Origin: Deltaproteobacteria bacterium
GTDB lineage: Bacteria; Myxococcota_A; UBA9160; SMWR01
Direction: 5' to 3'
Assembly (NCBI GenBank): GCA_032128115.1
Contig: JAQBHB010000093.1
Location: 160,001-224,000, forward strand
DNA length: 64,000 nt
Below are positions 27,115 through 37,400 of this stretch, one piece after another. A program made the position numbers and the translations under genes. The notes beneath the pieces are model-generated. The model worked only from the letters and a program-made list of their open reading frames with translations. It was not told where the DNA came from and did no database searches. The first letter of the stretch is position 1; each line of letters starts with the position of its first letter.

Positions 27115-28149
27115 ATGAAGGCGCTGCAGGTTACTCGCAACGGAAGGCCGAGCGAAGTGCTCGAGGTGGTCGATTTGGATCGGCCCGAGCCCGGCCCGGG
27201 CCAGGTCCGCATCCAGGTTGCTGCAGGCTCGCTCAACTTCAACGACCTGAACCGCTGCTACGGACGGGTGACCACGATTCCCATGCCGCCGCCCTTCACC
27301 CTGGGCATGGACGTGTGCGGGAGCGTGGACGCGGCGGGGGAGGGTGCCGAAGCGTGGCTCGGGCGGCGCGTGGTCGCCATCACGCAGATGGCCCGCGGCG
27401 GGCTGGCCGAGTACGCGCTGGCACCCCTGGACTCGGTGTTCGAGGCGCCGCCGGAGCTGGACGACGCCGAGGCCACCGCATTGGTGATCCCGTACCACAC
27501 GACGCACCTGGCGCTGTTCGAACGGGGCGGCTTGCGCGCTGGCGAAACGCTACTGGTGACCGCCGGCGCCAGTGGTCTCGGGACGGCGGCAATCCAGCTG
27601 GGCCTCGCCGCGGGCGCCCGGGTGTTCGCCACGGCGGGCGGGCCCGAAAAGACGTCTTTGTGTGAAGAGCTCGGAGCCGAACTCGTGATCGATCACCGGA
27701 AGCTGGAGTTCGCGACGGCGGTGCTTGACCACACGGGAGACGTGGGCGCCCAGGTGATCTGCGACCTGGCCGGCGGGAGCTTCGCACTCGGGGCCTTCCG
27801 CTGCATCGCCCGCGGCGGGCGCTACCTGGCGGTGGGCTTCGCCGACGACCCGGAAGGCGGCCAGACGGGTGTCTCGCTGCGGCCGGCCTGCGTGGGAAAC
27901 TTCTCCATCGTTGGCGTGATCGGCGCCTACGTCAGTCAGGTGCCGAGCGTCATCCGACGCACAGGCTTCAACCCCTTCGCCCGTGACGTCGCCGAGTCGG
28001 TGCACGCCCACCTGTTGCGTCTGGTGGCCAAGGGTGAGATCCGACCCGTCGTCGGTCGCCGGGTGTCGCTGCTCGAGGCGGGTGCCGCCCTGGAAGATCA
28101 TGAACAGCGACGAAGCCTGGGTCGCACGGTCGTGCTCCTGGACGCGTAA
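27115..28149 (+). CDS. NADPH:quinone oxidoreductase (zeta-crystallin/MDR family)
   Basis: MKALQV.., SLNFND, LVTAGASGLGTAAIQL; no zinc-binding Cys cluster. Confidence 0.9.
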   Translation: MKALQVTRNGRPSEVLEVVDLDRPEPGPGQVRIQVAAGSLNFNDLNRCYGRVTTIPMPPPFTLGMDVCGSVDAAGEGAEAWLGRRVVAITQMARGGLAEYALAPLDSVFEAPPELDDAEATALVIPYHTTHLALFERGGLRAGETLLVTAGASGLGTAAIQLGLAAGARVFATAGGPEKTSLCEELGAELVIDHRKLEFATAVLDHTGDVGAQVICDLAGGSFALGAFRCIARGGRYLAVGFADDPEGGQTGVSLRPACVGNFSIVGVIGAYVSQVPSVIRRTGFNPFARDVAESVHAHLLRLVAKGEIRPVVGRRVSLLEAGAALEDHEQRRSLGRTVVLLDA

Positions 28150-29399
28150 TGCCGCCCCGGTACACCTTCCGCGACGGCCGGCTCCGCTCCCGGCCCCTGC
28201 GGCTCCTCAATCGGGTGGGGCGGTCGCTCGCCGCGGTGGGGGTGGCCTGGCCTTCGCTGTGGCCGGACTCGATCGTCGCCGCGGCACGCAAGCGCGCCGG
28301 CGAAAACGACATGGGGAGCGACAGTTACCGGGAACCTCTCGAGCGTTACCTGCAGGCAGCGCGGGAAGAAGCCGAACTCACCTCCTTCGGCCGGTTGGCC
28401 ACTCGCGGGATGCTGATCTCCGCGCTCGCCAACCGCATCGCGCTGGCGGGCTGGGCGCGGGAGCACCCGGAGATCCGCGAGGAACGCATCGAGCGACCCT
28501 GGGTGATCGTGGGCCTGCCTCGGACCGGCACGAGCGTGCTCTCGATCCTGCTCGGCCTCGATCCCAACAGTCGCTCACTTCTGCAGTGGGAGGCGGCGCA
28601 TCCGATTCCGCCGCCCACCCTGGCCACGGCATCCGGGGATCCGCGCATCGCGAAGCACGCCCGCGAGCTGGCCACGCTGGCCAGGCTCACCCCCGCCATG
28701 GCCGCCATGTACCCCTTCGGTGCCACATTGGCCCAGGAGTGCGTGGCCCTGCATCTGTACGATGTGCGCACGCTGGGAGTCGAGACGCAGGCCTACGTGC
28801 CCAGCTACGGCCGCTGGCTCCAGAAATGCGACATGGCCCCCGCGTATGCGCAGCACCGGCTGGCTCTCCAGTCCCTGCAGTCGGCACAGCCCACGGGGCA
28901 CTGGGTGCTGAAAACGCCCAACCACCTGTGGTGTCTGGAGACCCTTCGCTCCTTCTACCCGGACGCCCGCATCCTCTGGACCCACCGGGATCCGGGCACC
29001 GTGGTTTCGTCCCTGGCCAGTCTGGTGAACACCGCACAGGCACTGTTCAGCGACCGACGCGATCCCAAGCCCGCCGCCGACGAGTGGCGGGGGAAAGCCC
29101 GTCACGCCATCGATTCGGGCATGGCCTTCGATGCGTCACATGCCGGCGGGTGGTGCCACCACATCCGCTACGCGGACTTCATGCGGGACGAAATCGCCAG
29201 CGTGCGCTCGATCTATGCTCATTTCGACGAAGAGGTGAGCCCTCTGCACGAGCGCCGCATGCGCGCCTGGTTGCGCGACCGGCCCCAGCACGGGCTCGGC
29301 CGCCACGTCTACGACCCGGCCGATTTCGGCTGGAGCTACGAAGAGTTGGCTGAGGATTTCCGCGGCTACCGGGAGCGATACGAGATTCCGCGCGAGTGA
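28149..29399 (+). CDS. Sulfotransferase family protein
   Basis: IVGLPRTGTS 5'-PSB loop, WVLKTPNH and WTHRDP..VSS motifs. Confidence 0.92.
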   Translation: MPPRYTFRDGRLRSRPLRLLNRVGRSLAAVGVAWPSLWPDSIVAAARKRAGENDMGSDSYREPLERYLQAAREEAELTSFGRLATRGMLISALANRIALAGWAREHPEIREERIERPWVIVGLPRTGTSVLSILLGLDPNSRSLLQWEAAHPIPPPTLATASGDPRIAKHARELATLARLTPAMAAMYPFGATLAQECVALHLYDVRTLGVETQAYVPSYGRWLQKCDMAPAYAQHRLALQSLQSAQPTGHWVLKTPNHLWCLETLRSFYPDARILWTHRDPGTVVSSLASLVNTAQALFSDRRDPKPAADEWRGKARHAIDSGMAFDASHAGGWCHHIRYADFMRDEIASVRSIYAHFDEEVSPLHERRMRAWLRDRPQHGLGRHVYDPADFGWSYEELAEDFRGYRERYEIPRE

Positions 29400-29481
29400 G
29401 GCCGACACGCGTGCCGCGGGCATGGTGGAACGTCGACCGATCTAGGACACTGGAGCCCTGTGAAGCCACGAGGAGGTAGGC

Positions 29482-30357
29482 ATGAAGGTCGCCACGATCG
29501 CCGAGATCCACCGATACCCGGTGAAGAGCATGCAGGGAGAGCGCCTCGAATCCGTCGCGGTGGCTGAGGACGGCTTGCGCGGCGACCGCAGCTGGGCCAT
29601 CCGGGACGAAGCGCGGGGCGGGATCGAGGGCGGGCGCAAGCTGCCCTCGCTGCTTGCATGCACGGCGCGATTTTCCGAAGCCGTGGGAGATGACGGACCG
29701 CTGCCGGTGCCGGAGATCGAGGTCCCCGATGGCACGCGACTTCTCGCCGACGATCCGGAGGCGGCGAAGCGTCTCAGCGAGCTGGCGGGCCGGAGCCTGA
29801 CCCTCTGGCCGCGGGTCGCTGCCGATGACGAGGCGCATTATCGCCGTGGAGCGCCCGACCACGACGACCTGCTGGAGGAGCTGCGGGGGATCTTCGGTCG
29901 GCTGCCCGACGAGCCCCTGCCGGATATCGGCTCGCTCCCGCCGGAGATCCTCACCGCCAGCACGCTTCCCGGCACGTACTTCGACGCGTACCCGCTCTTC
30001 CTTCTCTCCACGGCGTCTCTCGCCAGTCTGCAGGCGGCCCAGCCGGCTTCGCGTTTCGACGCCCGGCGTTTCCGCCCGAACCTGCTGCTGGAGGTCGAAG
30101 CGGACGGCGGATTTCCCGAGAACGCCTGGGTGGGCAAGCGTCTGCGAGCAGGAGATGCCGTGTTTCGGGTCGCGATGAAATGTCCGCGCTGTTTGATGAC
30201 GACCCACGCCTTTGCCGATCTGCCCAAGGATCCGAAGATCATGCGCACCCTGGTGAAGGAGAACGGCGGCGATCTGGGCGTGTACGCGGCGGTGGAGACG
30301 CCTGGAACCGTGCGCGCCGGGGACGCGGTGGAGGTGATCGGCGACAGCGCCCCGTGA
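29482..30357 (+). CDS. MOSC-domain (mARC-like molybdoenzyme) protein
   Basis: RYPVKSMQGE, GDRSWA, RRFRPNL and CPRC motifs. Confidence 0.92.
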   Translation: MKVATIAEIHRYPVKSMQGERLESVAVAEDGLRGDRSWAIRDEARGGIEGGRKLPSLLACTARFSEAVGDDGPLPVPEIEVPDGTRLLADDPEAAKRLSELAGRSLTLWPRVAADDEAHYRRGAPDHDDLLEELRGIFGRLPDEPLPDIGSLPPEILTASTLPGTYFDAYPLFLLSTASLASLQAAQPASRFDARRFRPNLLLEVEADGGFPENAWVGKRLRAGDAVFRVAMKCPRCLMTTHAFADLPKDPKIMRTLVKENGGDLGVYAAVETPGTVRAGDAVEVIGDSAP

Positions 30358-31676
30358 CCGTGTCCCCGCAGCAGCATCGCCGGCGGCTTGCGCTCGGTCT
30401 GGGCCTTCTGGTGGCGACTCCGGGCTGCGCTGCGCCGCGCACCGGGCCGCCCGACGTCGTCTTGATCGTGCTCGACACCCTGCGCCCCGACCACCTGGGC
30501 GTCTACGGCTATGAACGCGAGACCGCGCCGTTTCTCGCGGATTGGGCCCGGCGCTCGGTGGTCTTCCGGCGTGCGTTCTCGGCTTCGACCTGGACGGCTC
30601 CCTCCACAGCCTCGATCTTCACGTCCCTGTTTCCCGTTCAGCACGGTGTGGTCGAGGGCATCTTCGTTCACGAGGTCCGGGCCCGGACGGTGGCAGAGAC
30701 GGGCCGGAGCAGCCTGCCACTCAACCGGATTCCGCAGGCCGTGTCCACGCTCCCCGAGATCCTGAAGGCGGCGGGCTACCAGACGTTCGGCGTGGCATCG
30801 AATGTCAACATCGGTCCGGAGATCGGCTTTTCCCGGGGCTTCGATCGTTTCGACCGACTCATGGATCGCGACGCGGGCGAACTGTTCGCGCGCCTTCGGG
30901 ACTGGGAGTCCGACTTCGATGCGACGAAGCCGCGTTTCATCTATCTCCACTTCGACGACGTCCACGAGCCCTACGCCCGGCGAGAACCCTGGTTCGAGGC
31001 CTCGGGCACCACGTTGGGCGACCTGGAAGCTGCCTACGACAGTGAGATCTCGTATGTGGACGATGTTCTGCGCCAGATGTTCGAATACTTCGATTGGGAT
31101 AGGGACGCGATCGTCGTGATCGCGTCGGACCATGGAGAGGAGTTCATGGAACACGGAGAGCTCGGTCACGGGTTGTCGCTCCACCGCGAACTCCTCCAGG
31201 TTCTGCTCCTGCTGCGGGCACCAGTCAGGGGAGAAGAGGGCCAGATCGTGACCCGGAACGTCACGACGCTGGACCTGTTGCCGACCCTCGCGGAACTCAT
31301 CGGGCTCGAACCTCGCGAAGAGTGGGAGGGCCGTTCGCTCGTCGGCCTGCTCGATGGAGACGCGGTCATTGGGGAGCGAACCCTCTTCGGCCACCGACGC
31401 CTCGAGGGCGATCCGCCCGCCGAGCTGTGGACAGCCGTCTCCGGCGACTGGCATCTGATCGAGCGGGACGGGCACTTCCAGCTCTACAACCTCTCGAACG
31501 ATCCGCAAGAGAGACTCGACCTCTCCGCAGCGCGCCGGGACGTGACGGCAAGACTTGCGGCCGAGCTCGAGGCGTTCCGAAGCTCGCTCCGGCCCCACGC
31601 CGCCGCCGAGACCTACGAATACGAACTCGATCCGGAGGGCGTCGAACGGCTGCGCGGCCTGGGGTACGTGGAGTGA
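30354..31676 (+). CDS. Sulfatase-like hydrolase/transferase (alkaline phosphatase superfamily), probable lipoprotein
   Basis: VLDTLRPDHLG, WTAPSTAS, DVHEPY, SDHGEEF and ERLRGLGYV motifs; TPGC lipobox-like. Confidence 0.88.
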   Translation: MTVSPQQHRRRLALGLGLLVATPGCAAPRTGPPDVVLIVLDTLRPDHLGVYGYERETAPFLADWARRSVVFRRAFSASTWTAPSTASIFTSLFPVQHGVVEGIFVHEVRARTVAETGRSSLPLNRIPQAVSTLPEILKAAGYQTFGVASNVNIGPEIGFSRGFDRFDRLMDRDAGELFARLRDWESDFDATKPRFIYLHFDDVHEPYARREPWFEASGTTLGDLEAAYDSEISYVDDVLRQMFEYFDWDRDAIVVIASDHGEEFMEHGELGHGLSLHRELLQVLLLLRAPVRGEEGQIVTRNVTTLDLLPTLAELIGLEPREEWEGRSLVGLLDGDAVIGERTLFGHRRLEGDPPAELWTAVSGDWHLIERDGHFQLYNLSNDPQERLDLSAARRDVTARLAAELEAFRSSLRPHAAAETYEYELDPEGVERLRGLGYVE

Positions 31677-31713
31677 GTTCCGCGCGGACGCAAGGATCGG
31701 TATCGTGACTTCC

Positions 31714-33285
31714 ATGTCACAGGAAGACTTCGACGTCGCCATCGTGGGACTGGGCCCCGTGGGTGCCTTCACGGGGCTACTGCTCGCCGAAGCGGGGCTC
31801 CGGGTCGCGATTTTCGAGCGGTCCCTGGAACCGGTCGTGCTGCCGCGAGCCGTGGGGCTCGACGGCGAGTCGGTGCGCGCTTTCCAGCGGATCGGACTAG
31901 GCGATACGGTTGCGGCGATCCTGCAGGCGCCGCGCGAGAAGGATCGCGTCTGCTTCACCGACTCGAAGCGCCGCATCCTGTTCGGGCTCGAGATCCCGGA
32001 GCACGGGGCCAATGGCTGGCGCGACATCGCGTTCTTCGATCAGCCCGAGCTCGAAGCCCTGTTGCGAGATCATGTCGTTCAGCACGAACGGATCGAGATT
32101 TTCCTGGGCCGCGAGGTCACCGGACTCGAGCAGACGGACGCCGGAGTCCGCCTGCAAGCCACGGATCCCGTTGCGGGCGCGACCACCACGCGGGCCGCGT
32201 ATGCAATCGGCTGCGACGGGGCCTCGAGCTTCGTGCGGCGCGCGGTCGGAATCGAGTGGCTGAGTCTGGGCTACGACCAGGACTGGCTCGTGGTCGACAT
32301 CACGCAGGGCCCCGATGCGGAGCTGCCCCTGGAGACCATGCAGGTCTGCGATCCGGAGCGGCTCACCACCTACGTGTGCGTGAAGGACCCGAATCGCCGC
32401 TGGGAGTTCCAGTTGCTCGAGGGCGAGACCCGCGAGGAGATGTTGCGGCCGGAGCGGATCGAGGCCCTGCTGCGGCCGTGGCTCCCTCCCGAGCACTACG
32501 AGATCCGGCGCGCAGCCGTCTACCAGTTTCACGCCGCCACGGCGAGCCGCTGGCAGCAGGGTCGCGTCTTCCTGGCGGGAGACGCCGCCCACCAGACACC
32601 TCCCTTCCTCGGCCAGGGGCTCAACGCCGGCTTCCGCGACGCTGTCAATCTGGGTTGGAAGATCCCACTCGTGCAATCGGGGACCTGTGCATTCGATCTG
32701 CTCGAGACCTACGCGGCCGAGCGGGATGCCCATGCGCGCGACCTGGTAGAAGGGGCTGTGGCGGTGGGAAAGCTGATGGAAACCCTGGCGGCGCGCGAAG
32801 CGGGTCGGCCGGATCCCCACGTGGCCGATCCGCGTTCGGGCTACGGGGCGGGACGCAGGATGCCCCCCCTGCGCGACGGTGTGTTGGTGGACGAGCAGAC
32901 CGGCGCGGATCGTCCTGTGGGGAACCTGCTGGGTCAGCCCAGCGTCCGCGGACTCGATGGCAGCGAGTGCCGGTTCGACGACTTGTTGGGAAGCGGCTTC
33001 GCCGTGGTGGGCCGCAAGCGCAGTGATCTGCGCCTGGGTCGCGAGGGCGAGGCCATCCTGGAACGACTGGATGGCAGGGCGCTCGGGCTCGAGGACCTGA
33101 CGATCGTCCGGGGCGAACACGATCCGCTGTTCGATACCCATCCCGCGCTGGTGCTTCGCCCCGACCGCTACATCTTCGGAGTGGTGGACGCGGACTGGAA
33201 CCTGGATCGATTGTTGGCGGAGCTGGCCCGAAAGCTGTGCCTGGGGTCGAATGCCTCCCCCCAGGGGTCGAACGCCTCCCCCTAG
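31714..33285 (+). CDS. FAD-dependent aromatic hydroxylase, MhpA-like (3-(3-hydroxyphenyl)propionate hydroxylase family)
   Basis: VGLGPVG, FDQPELE, IGCDGASS, LAGDAAHQTPPFLGQG and LRPDRYIFG motifs. Confidence 0.88.
   Translation: MSQEDFDVAIVGLGPVGAFTGLLLAEAGLRVAIFERSLEPVVLPRAVGLDGESVRAFQRIGLGDTVAAILQAPREKDRVCFTDSKRRILFGLEIPEHGANGWRDIAFFDQPELEALLRDHVVQHERIEIFLGREVTGLEQTDAGVRLQATDPVAGATTTRAAYAIGCDGASSFVRRAVGIEWLSLGYDQDWLVVDITQGPDAELPLETMQVCDPERLTTYVCVKDPNRRWEFQLLEGETREEMLRPERIEALLRPWLPPEHYEIRRAAVYQFHAATASRWQQGRVFLAGDAAHQTPPFLGQGLNAGFRDAVNLGWKIPLVQSGTCAFDLLETYAAERDAHARDLVEGAVAVGKLMETLAAREAGRPDPHVADPRSGYGAGRRMPPLRDGVLVDEQTGADRPVGNLLGQPSVRGLDGSECRFDDLLGSGFAVVGRKRSDLRLGREGEAILERLDGRALGLEDLTIVRGEHDPLFDTHPALVLRPDRYIFGVVDADWNLDRLLAELARKLCLGSNASPQGSNASP
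33243..33285. repeat. 21-bp tandem duplication at the convergent ends of two genes (encodes GSNASPQ-GSNASP-stop)
   Basis: GGGGTCGAATGCCTCCCCCCA followed by GGGGTCGAACGCCTCCCCCTAG. Confidence 0.9.
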
Positions 33286-34334
33286 AGCAGTGGAAATGCC
33301 TCGACGGCGTCGCGGAGCAGCTGCTTCACGTGCATCCGAACGTCCTCTTCGGTGTTCCCCAGACGCACCACCACGAGATCACGCGTGGGAACCACGGCGA
33401 TGTACTGGCCGTGAAACCCGGAAGCGTGGAAGATGCCCGAGCCGTCCCGAGCCAGCCACCAGTGAGCGCCGTATTGGTCGAAGGAGGGAATCGTGAGCGA
33501 GCGTCCGTGGTCCACCCATCCCTCGGGAAGGATCCGCTCGCCCGCCCACACCCCGTCGCGCAGGTAGAGGAGCCCGAAGCGGGCGAAGTCGCGCGCCGTA
33601 GCGAAGACATAGGACGAGCCCACGAAATTTCCCGCCGGGTCGAAGCGCGCGGTGGCCGTGCGCATGCCGATCCGGTCGAACAGCTCCTGCTGCATGAAGT
33701 CGCGCATACCCACCTCGCCGCCGCCCACGTTGCGCGCCACGATCGCTGCCACCACGTTGGAGGTCCCGCTCGAGTAGTTCCAGTACGTGCCGGGCTTCCG
33801 AGCCAGTCGGCGGGCCTCGGCGTAGGCCACCACGTCGTCCCGGCCCGATCGGAAGATCATTTCGATGACATCGGAGCGGCCATCGGGCAGGTAGACCTCG
33901 ACGAAGTCGAGGCCGTCGCACATCCGCAGCAGGTCTTCGGTGCTGATGCCGCCTCGAGGATCCCCGGATTCCCGCCAGGCGGGCACGGGGGCCGGCTCGT
34001 GCAGGTCCAGATGGCCGCCGCCCACGCGCAGTCCCACCAGGGCGTGGGTGATGCTCTTGGCCATCGACCACGAGATGCAAGTCGTATCGGGGTTGTGCAG
34101 AGGGCCGTAGGCTTCGCAGACGATCCGTCCGCGATGCACGAAGACCAGCGCGTGGGTATCGCCCGTTCGCGTGGGATCCGGCTCCCGGACGAGGTCGCGC
34201 ACCACCCGATCGAGTGCCGCGATATCCACGTCGGAATCCGGGGGGGCCTCGGGCCATTTCTCCGCGGGCCACGGGACTCCCGGCGGCTGGGACGGGAGGC
34301 GAGGCATGGGGACGGCCAGTTCCGGGTGGGGCAC
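33282..34334 (-). CDS. Serine hydrolase, beta-lactamase class C/NylB-like family
   Basis: SWSMAKS (SxxK), WNYSSG, RDFARFG and GFHGQYI motifs; GAGGAGG before GTG 34334. Confidence 0.9.
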   Translation of the reverse strand: MPHPELAVPMPRLPSQPPGVPWPAEKWPEAPPDSDVDIAALDRVVRDLVREPDPTRTGDTHALVFVHRGRIVCEAYGPLHNPDTTCISWSMAKSITHALVGLRVGGGHLDLHEPAPVPAWRESGDPRGGISTEDLLRMCDGLDFVEVYLPDGRSDVIEMIFRSGRDDVVAYAEARRLARKPGTYWNYSSGTSNVVAAIVARNVGGGEVGMRDFMQQELFDRIGMRTATARFDPAGNFVGSSYVFATARDFARFGLLYLRDGVWAGERILPEGWVDHGRSLTIPSFDQYGAHWWLARDGSGIFHASGFHGQYIAVVPTRDLVVVRLGNTEEDVRMHVKQLLRDAVEAFPLL

Positions 34335-34516
34335 GAGGCCTCCTCGCAGGGGCACGCGGATGATACGTTGGCCGCGGCCGCAAGGGAGTCCGAAACCCTG
34401 ACGGGTCCCGTTTATTCCACCCGCAGCGACCCGCTGACGCCGGGATTGGGCGTATGCGAGCGTCTTCGACGCGCTAGCATGATCCGCCCAGTACCCGCGG
34501 AACACGAGGGAGAAAC

Positions 34517-35080
34517 GTGAGCGACACGCACGATGAATTGGGCCCGCTCGCCGGCCTGGTCGGCAACTGGGAAGGCGACAAGGGTACCGACACGGCCCCC
34601 GACGACGACCCGGTGAGCCGGGAGATCAACAAGTACCGCGAGCGCATGACGTTTGCGCCCACGGGGCTCGTGGCGAACCACGATCAGAAACTCTACGGGC
34701 TCCGTTACGCCACCACCGCCTGGCGCCTGGGCGCTGAGGATCCGTTTCACGAGGAGCTTGGCTACTGGCTGTGGGACGAGGCCGCGAAGCAGGTGCTGCG
34801 CTGCTTCATGGTGCCGCGCGGCGTGACCGTGATCGCCGGCGGAACCGCCGAGCCGGGCGCGAAGTCGTTCCGGCTGGCGGCCGAGGTGAGCTCCCAGACC
34901 TATGGGATCTGCTCGAACCGGTTCCTGGACGATCGGTTCAAGACCATGCGCTACGAGTTGACCTTCGAGCGGCGCGGCGCCAACACGATCGCGTATCGCG
35001 AAAATACGCTGTTGAAGATCAAGGGGCAGAAGGATCTCTTCCACCACACGGATGAAAACACCCTGACCCGGGTCGACTAG
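34517..35080 (+). CDS. Heme-binding beta-barrel (nitrobindin/FABP-like) protein
   Basis: LGPLAGLVGNWEG, LYGLRY, FHEELGYWLW and FHHTDENTL motifs. Confidence 0.82.
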   Translation: MSDTHDELGPLAGLVGNWEGDKGTDTAPDDDPVSREINKYRERMTFAPTGLVANHDQKLYGLRYATTAWRLGAEDPFHEELGYWLWDEAAKQVLRCFMVPRGVTVIAGGTAEPGAKSFRLAAEVSSQTYGICSNRFLDDRFKTMRYELTFERRGANTIAYRENTLLKIKGQKDLFHHTDENTLTRVD

Positions 35081-35083
35081 GGG

Positions 35084-35632
35084 CTACCGGAAGGACCGCT
35101 CGAACAGCTCTTCGATGGCCTGGGAGCCCGCCTCTTCCAGGAATCGCGTTCCCGTGCCCGTGAACCGGGGCTGGTGGATGACCGGCGTCGCGTCGTCGTC
35201 CCACTTCTCGCCCGTCCAGCGGCACCAGCGGGCCCGGGGCTGATCGAACACGAACAGGGGCTTGTTGCAGAGCTTGGCGAATTCCGCACCCCAGCCGGTC
35301 CCGCCCTTGACCGTGTTGTCCTCCAGGATCCTTCCCACCACGAAGACTTCGAAGCCGCTGTTCACCTGATGCCAGATGCTCTGGAGCACACGGCGGAAGA
35401 GGCGGGTGTCGCGAAATTCCCGGTTCATGAGGCGGCCCACATAGGTGAGGCTCACGTCTCCCTGCTTGAGCTCGGGCTCGGTCAGCACGCGGATTCCGCG
35501 CGTGCGGGCGTCGTTGTGGCCCTCGAAGGTAAAGTTCACCTCCGCGATCCCCCGGCGCTCGGCGGCGGCCCCGAAGGCGGCTTCGGCGCCGTTGGCGGCG
35601 CCACTGAAGAGGATGCATTCCTCGGTTTTCAT
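35084..35632 (-). CDS. Conserved hypothetical protein, possibly SLOG/MoCo-carrier-like nucleotide-binding fold
   Basis: LFSGAANGAE, KGGTGW..KPLFVFDQ and FTGTGTR motifs; fold call is tentative. Confidence 0.7.
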   Translation of the reverse strand: MKTEECILFSGAANGAEAAFGAAAERRGIAEVNFTFEGHNDARTRGIRVLTEPELKQGDVSLTYVGRLMNREFRDTRLFRRVLQSIWHQVNSGFEVFVVGRILEDNTVKGGTGWGAEFAKLCNKPLFVFDQPRARWCRWTGEKWDDDATPVIHQPRFTGTGTRFLEEAGSQAIEELFERSFR

Positions 35633-35832
35633 GGCTTCTCTCCATCGAAGACGGCATTCCGGGCCCGACGGGATTCCGGGCTGGCGGATTGTAGCGGGTA
35701 TCCCGGCCCTGGCGGCGGCCCCCGGTATCATCGATTGTCCTGGGCAGCGAAGTGAAGGACCGAATCCAATGACCGTCCCCGTCGGATTCGGGTCTCGGGC
35801 GAGCCTCTCGAGAATTCACGCCAGGCGAGAAT

Positions 35833-37263
35833 TCAAGCCAGGCGAGGCCGCTCGCCTGACCGCTGTGCCGGGGTCTCCTCCAGCGCGTCGCAGAGTTCGT
35901 CAAGGGCTTGCTCGATCCCCCGGGCCAGCGGCCACGGGTCGGGAATGCGCTCGCCGCAGGCGACGATGCCGAAGTCGAGATCGTTCTCGCGGCTGAGCAC
36001 CGTGATGTTCAAGGTCGCGCCGTCGAAGATGGGGCCCAGGGGATGGATCCCCACCAGCCGGGCACCGCCCAGATAGAGAGGCACCGGCGGTCCGGGAACA
36101 TTCGACACCACCAGGTTGCAGAGCGGCGACATCCGACGCCAGAGGTCGAACGCGCTGTAAGCGCGGGCAATCAGTGCGGCCTCGATGGGGAGGATCAGAT
36201 CCGCCCAGATGGCGAGGCTGTCGCCGAAGACGTTGCGCTGGCGTCTCTTTGCCCGCTGTGCGCTGTCTCGGATCGCGCGCAGCCGATCGAGAGGATCCGC
36301 GAGCTGGGTCGCTAGCTCCACGTAGGCAACCGAGTAGGCGTTGGCCGCGTCGTCGCCGTCCTCGTGCAGCGAGACCGGGACGCCTGCCACCAGTTGTGGC
36401 CCCCCCAGCTCTCCCCGCCGGCGCGTTTCGCGACGCAGCGCGCCGGCCACCAGCGCCAGGATCACATCGTTCAGCGTGGCCGACAGGGCCGACCCGACTT
36501 CCCGAACCCGATCCATCGGAACTGAGGTATAGGCGATGCTCCGCCGGTCGGACACGGAAGCATTGAGCCAGGAGAGCTCGACGTTCACGGGCTCCAGGTC
36601 GGAGTGCTGCGATCCATCGGAAACGAGGCGCCGAATTGCGAATCCGAGGGTGGAGACGGCAGCCCGGGCGATCCACACCGGGCGCGTCAGGAGAGAGGGC
36701 ACGGCTCCCGTCAGGAGTTCGAGCGCACCAGGGGACGATGCAGCAACGGGAACGGGTTGGCAGGTGGGGGAGGGCGTGTCCGGTTCGCGGCTGAAGAGCG
36801 ACGCCATGAACTTCACGCCCGCCATTCCGTCCATCATTGCGTGGTGGATTTTCGCAAGCACCGCGATCCGCCCACCCTGCACGCCCTCGACCACGACGAT
36901 TTCCCACATGGGCCGATTCCGGTCCAGGGGGCGCTCTTCGATCTCGGCGGCGAGTGCCGCCAGCTCCGCCGGGCCACCGGGTTCGGGTACGGCCGCCCGT
37001 CGCAGGTGTCGCGTGATGTCCAGATCGGGATCGTCCTTCCAGATCGGACGCGCCAGCCCCAACGGCGCCTGGGCCAGCCGCCTGTGTAGGGGGGGCACCA
37101 GGTGGAGGCGTTCGCGGAAGAACTCGCGGAAGCGTTCGAACGAGTAGCCGCCGGGAATGGTGCCGGGGTCGAGCACCAGGATCGCCATCATGTGAAGCGC
37201 CTTGCCGGGCGACTCTGCCGACAGGAACACCGAATCGAGACCCGTCAGGCGGTGTGACGCCAA
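35833..37263 (-). CDS. Wax ester synthase/diacylglycerol acyltransferase (WS/DGAT)
   Basis: HHAMMDG catalytic motif, PLDRNRPMWE, ATLNDVIL and SNVPGP. Confidence 0.93.
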   Translation of the reverse strand: MASHRLTGLDSVFLSAESPGKALHMMAILVLDPGTIPGGYSFERFREFFRERLHLVPPLHRRLAQAPLGLARPIWKDDPDLDITRHLRRAAVPEPGGPAELAALAAEIEERPLDRNRPMWEIVVVEGVQGGRIAVLAKIHHAMMDGMAGVKFMASLFSREPDTPSPTCQPVPVAASSPGALELLTGAVPSLLTRPVWIARAAVSTLGFAIRRLVSDGSQHSDLEPVNVELSWLNASVSDRRSIAYTSVPMDRVREVGSALSATLNDVILALVAGALRRETRRRGELGGPQLVAGVPVSLHEDGDDAANAYSVAYVELATQLADPLDRLRAIRDSAQRAKRRQRNVFGDSLAIWADLILPIEAALIARAYSAFDLWRRMSPLCNLVVSNVPGPPVPLYLGGARLVGIHPLGPIFDGATLNITVLSRENDLDFGIVACGERIPDPWPLARGIEQALDELCDALEETPAQRSGERPRLA

Positions 37264-37400
37264 CGATCACCTCCGTGTGCAACAGAGCGTCCTTCAAGAA
37301 TCGGGCCGTGCAAGACACCCGCAGAAGGGCGGAGGGCCCCGAGCGCGTAGCAGAATGCCTCACTCGCGGTTCCGCCCGCATCGCGCGAACATCCGAGCCC

